A stretch of 64,000 nucleotides of DNA from Geosiphon pyriformis uo1 (lineage: Eukaryota; Fungi; Glomeromycota), in the NCBI GenBank assembly GCA_016748015.1, contig JAAOMT010000518.1, positions 62,001 through 126,000 of the forward strand, in the 5' to 3' direction. A program made the translations under genes and the position numbers. Positions 62,178-64,000 of the stretch are shown piece by piece (the stretch's first letter is position 1; each line of letters begins with the position of its first letter). The notes beneath the pieces are model-generated. The model did no database searches, was not told where the DNA came from, and worked only from the letters and a program-made list of their open reading frames with translations.

Positions 62178-64000
62178 TACAAACCCTTTTGAATAATCAA
62201 TTGGGTGGTGGAAAACAAGATTTCTGGCATAAAGATAGGATTAATAAAGAAATAAAATTATAGGTTAAATTAGAAAATTATAATTTAATTAACATAAAAC
62301 CATTATATATAGTAGCTCTAAAGTTTTATTTTGCTGCTATCCAATTATTTAAATTAAAATAAAGTTTAAAATATTATAAAGAAATTTAGTAGCTTTTAAT
62401 TATTAATTTTATAATAAAATATTTCTAAAATTCAGAAAAAACTCTACTAAATAAGATTGAAAAAAATGATCATAAAAAGATAATTGGAGTTAAGAGGATA
62501 AATATTAAAAGATATTATAAAATTTATAATTATTATTAATCAATTAATTAAATTAATAATAAAAGATAATTAAAAATAACTGTTAATTTTTAAATATAAA
62601 TTAGTTTTATCAAAAAGATGTTTACGTTTTATTCCCAATATGAGAATTTTAAAATTTTTCTTTTTTTCTCTTTCTTATTTATTTCAAGATTATCTTTTAT
62701 ACACTTTTATGGCATGGAATCTATTTAAAATAATACAGCTAACTGTACTTAGGTCTCTAAATCAGATTCTTAATTATTTTGTTTACTGCTTAAATAATTC
62801 TAAAACAAGAAATAATTTTTTTTTTTATTTTTTGTTATTTGTTGCTGAAAACTAGATTGAAAATTTTAAATTTTTTTTTATTGTTTGAACTAAATTCTTT
62901 AATAAAAATACCATTTTGTGATATTAAAAATATTTCCTTTCTATATCAGGTTTTTCCTTTTTAATTTTAAAACCTGCTAGAAAAATTAATTAAGTTACTA
63001 ATTTTTTAATGAGCAAACATCAGTGTCTTTTCTAATCGCTCTTCAACCATCTTTTGCACCCCGACTTTTATGATAAAAACTAAATAAAAATTAGAATATC
63101 AGTACTAATCTATATTTTTATTTACAGATGAAATAAAACGCTGGAACAGATATCCAACTTGTTTTACAAGTTGAGTGCAAAACATGTTTAAAAAGTAATT
63201 AACAAAGGTACTGAAGTTTGCTCATTAAGAAAATTAATTGACTTTTTCCAGCATATTGCCAACTGTTTTAGCATTAAAGAGGAAAGGCCTAAAATTTTGA
63301 TAAATTTAAGGTGGTAGAATTAGAGTAAAAGTTATTCATCAAGTATTAAAGACATAAAATTTTTTTATAATAGCTCCGATCCATTATTAGTTTTTAGATT
63401 GATTAGAATTTAATTACTGCTATTTTTAATTTTGGCTTTTGTTGCTTCTTATAACAATTATTTAAGAAAGTAAGAAATAATTCATTTCAGTATTAAATAA
63501 AACGTTAAACTGTTAGATAGTTTCTTCTTTTTTTAATATTTGATTATTATTGTAATAACTTTAAAGAATGAATCATCTTTTGTTCTTTATAAATATCTCT
63601 TTATTAGACACACTTATAAAATTCGAAATGATTGTAAAGAGTTTTTGAAAAGATGCTGGCAAAAGGTTTAGAATATATAATAGCTAAAGACTAGATTTCT
63701 AATTTTTTATTCTTGTTATTATTATTATTATTATTATTAAGTTAAATGAAAAAAATTGCTAAAGAATCTGAACTTGAAAGGTTTTTTCCATTCAGTCAAC
63801 TTGAAAAGATTATTAAACTTGATGGTTTTCTCAAAGAATCAATGTGATATAATGAGCATTTTCATATCCAGTTTTATTTTTATTTTTTGACTATTTTTAT
63901 GTAAAAATTTTCTCTGGTCTTTAATTTAAATTACCAAAGACAATATTTCTTCACTACTAATCTCACTTTCAAATATATATATCAAATTCCTTCAAGTAAA

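Overview
Very AT-rich eukaryotic DNA. Intron signals, kinase type and TE families point to a glomeromycotan fungus, possibly Geosiphon-like; this is inference from recalled protein families, not a search. About 59 kb (~1.2-60.3 kb) is a nested transposon graveyard with no intact gene, and most lesions are C>T/G>A. In order: an atypical kinase relic lying in and beside a 1.9-kb duplication whose junction is a Nextera/Tn5 adapter (assembly artefact); several APE-RT-RNase H LINEs (one full length, ~15.0-21.9 kb, minus); a Ty3/gypsy element (family A, 22518-42560) inserted in a LINE and itself interrupted by a second gypsy (family B, 24467-34644); a hAT transposon (43384-56741) interrupted by another family-B gypsy (46221-56325, minus); a second hAT copy; a partial family-A LTR; and a tyrosine-kinase-like pseudogene. 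The most interesting signal is an architecture shared by all three gypsy copies from two diverged families. An ATG-less ORF starts in phase right after a splice-acceptor-like CTACAG beside the PBS. It encodes N-terminal extension-Gag-PR-multi-CxxC domain-dUTPase-RT-RNase H and ends at a conserved stop. Integrase follows as a separate ORF, then a conserved ~220-aa non-env ORF ending at the PPT. All three 4-bp target duplications begin ATG.
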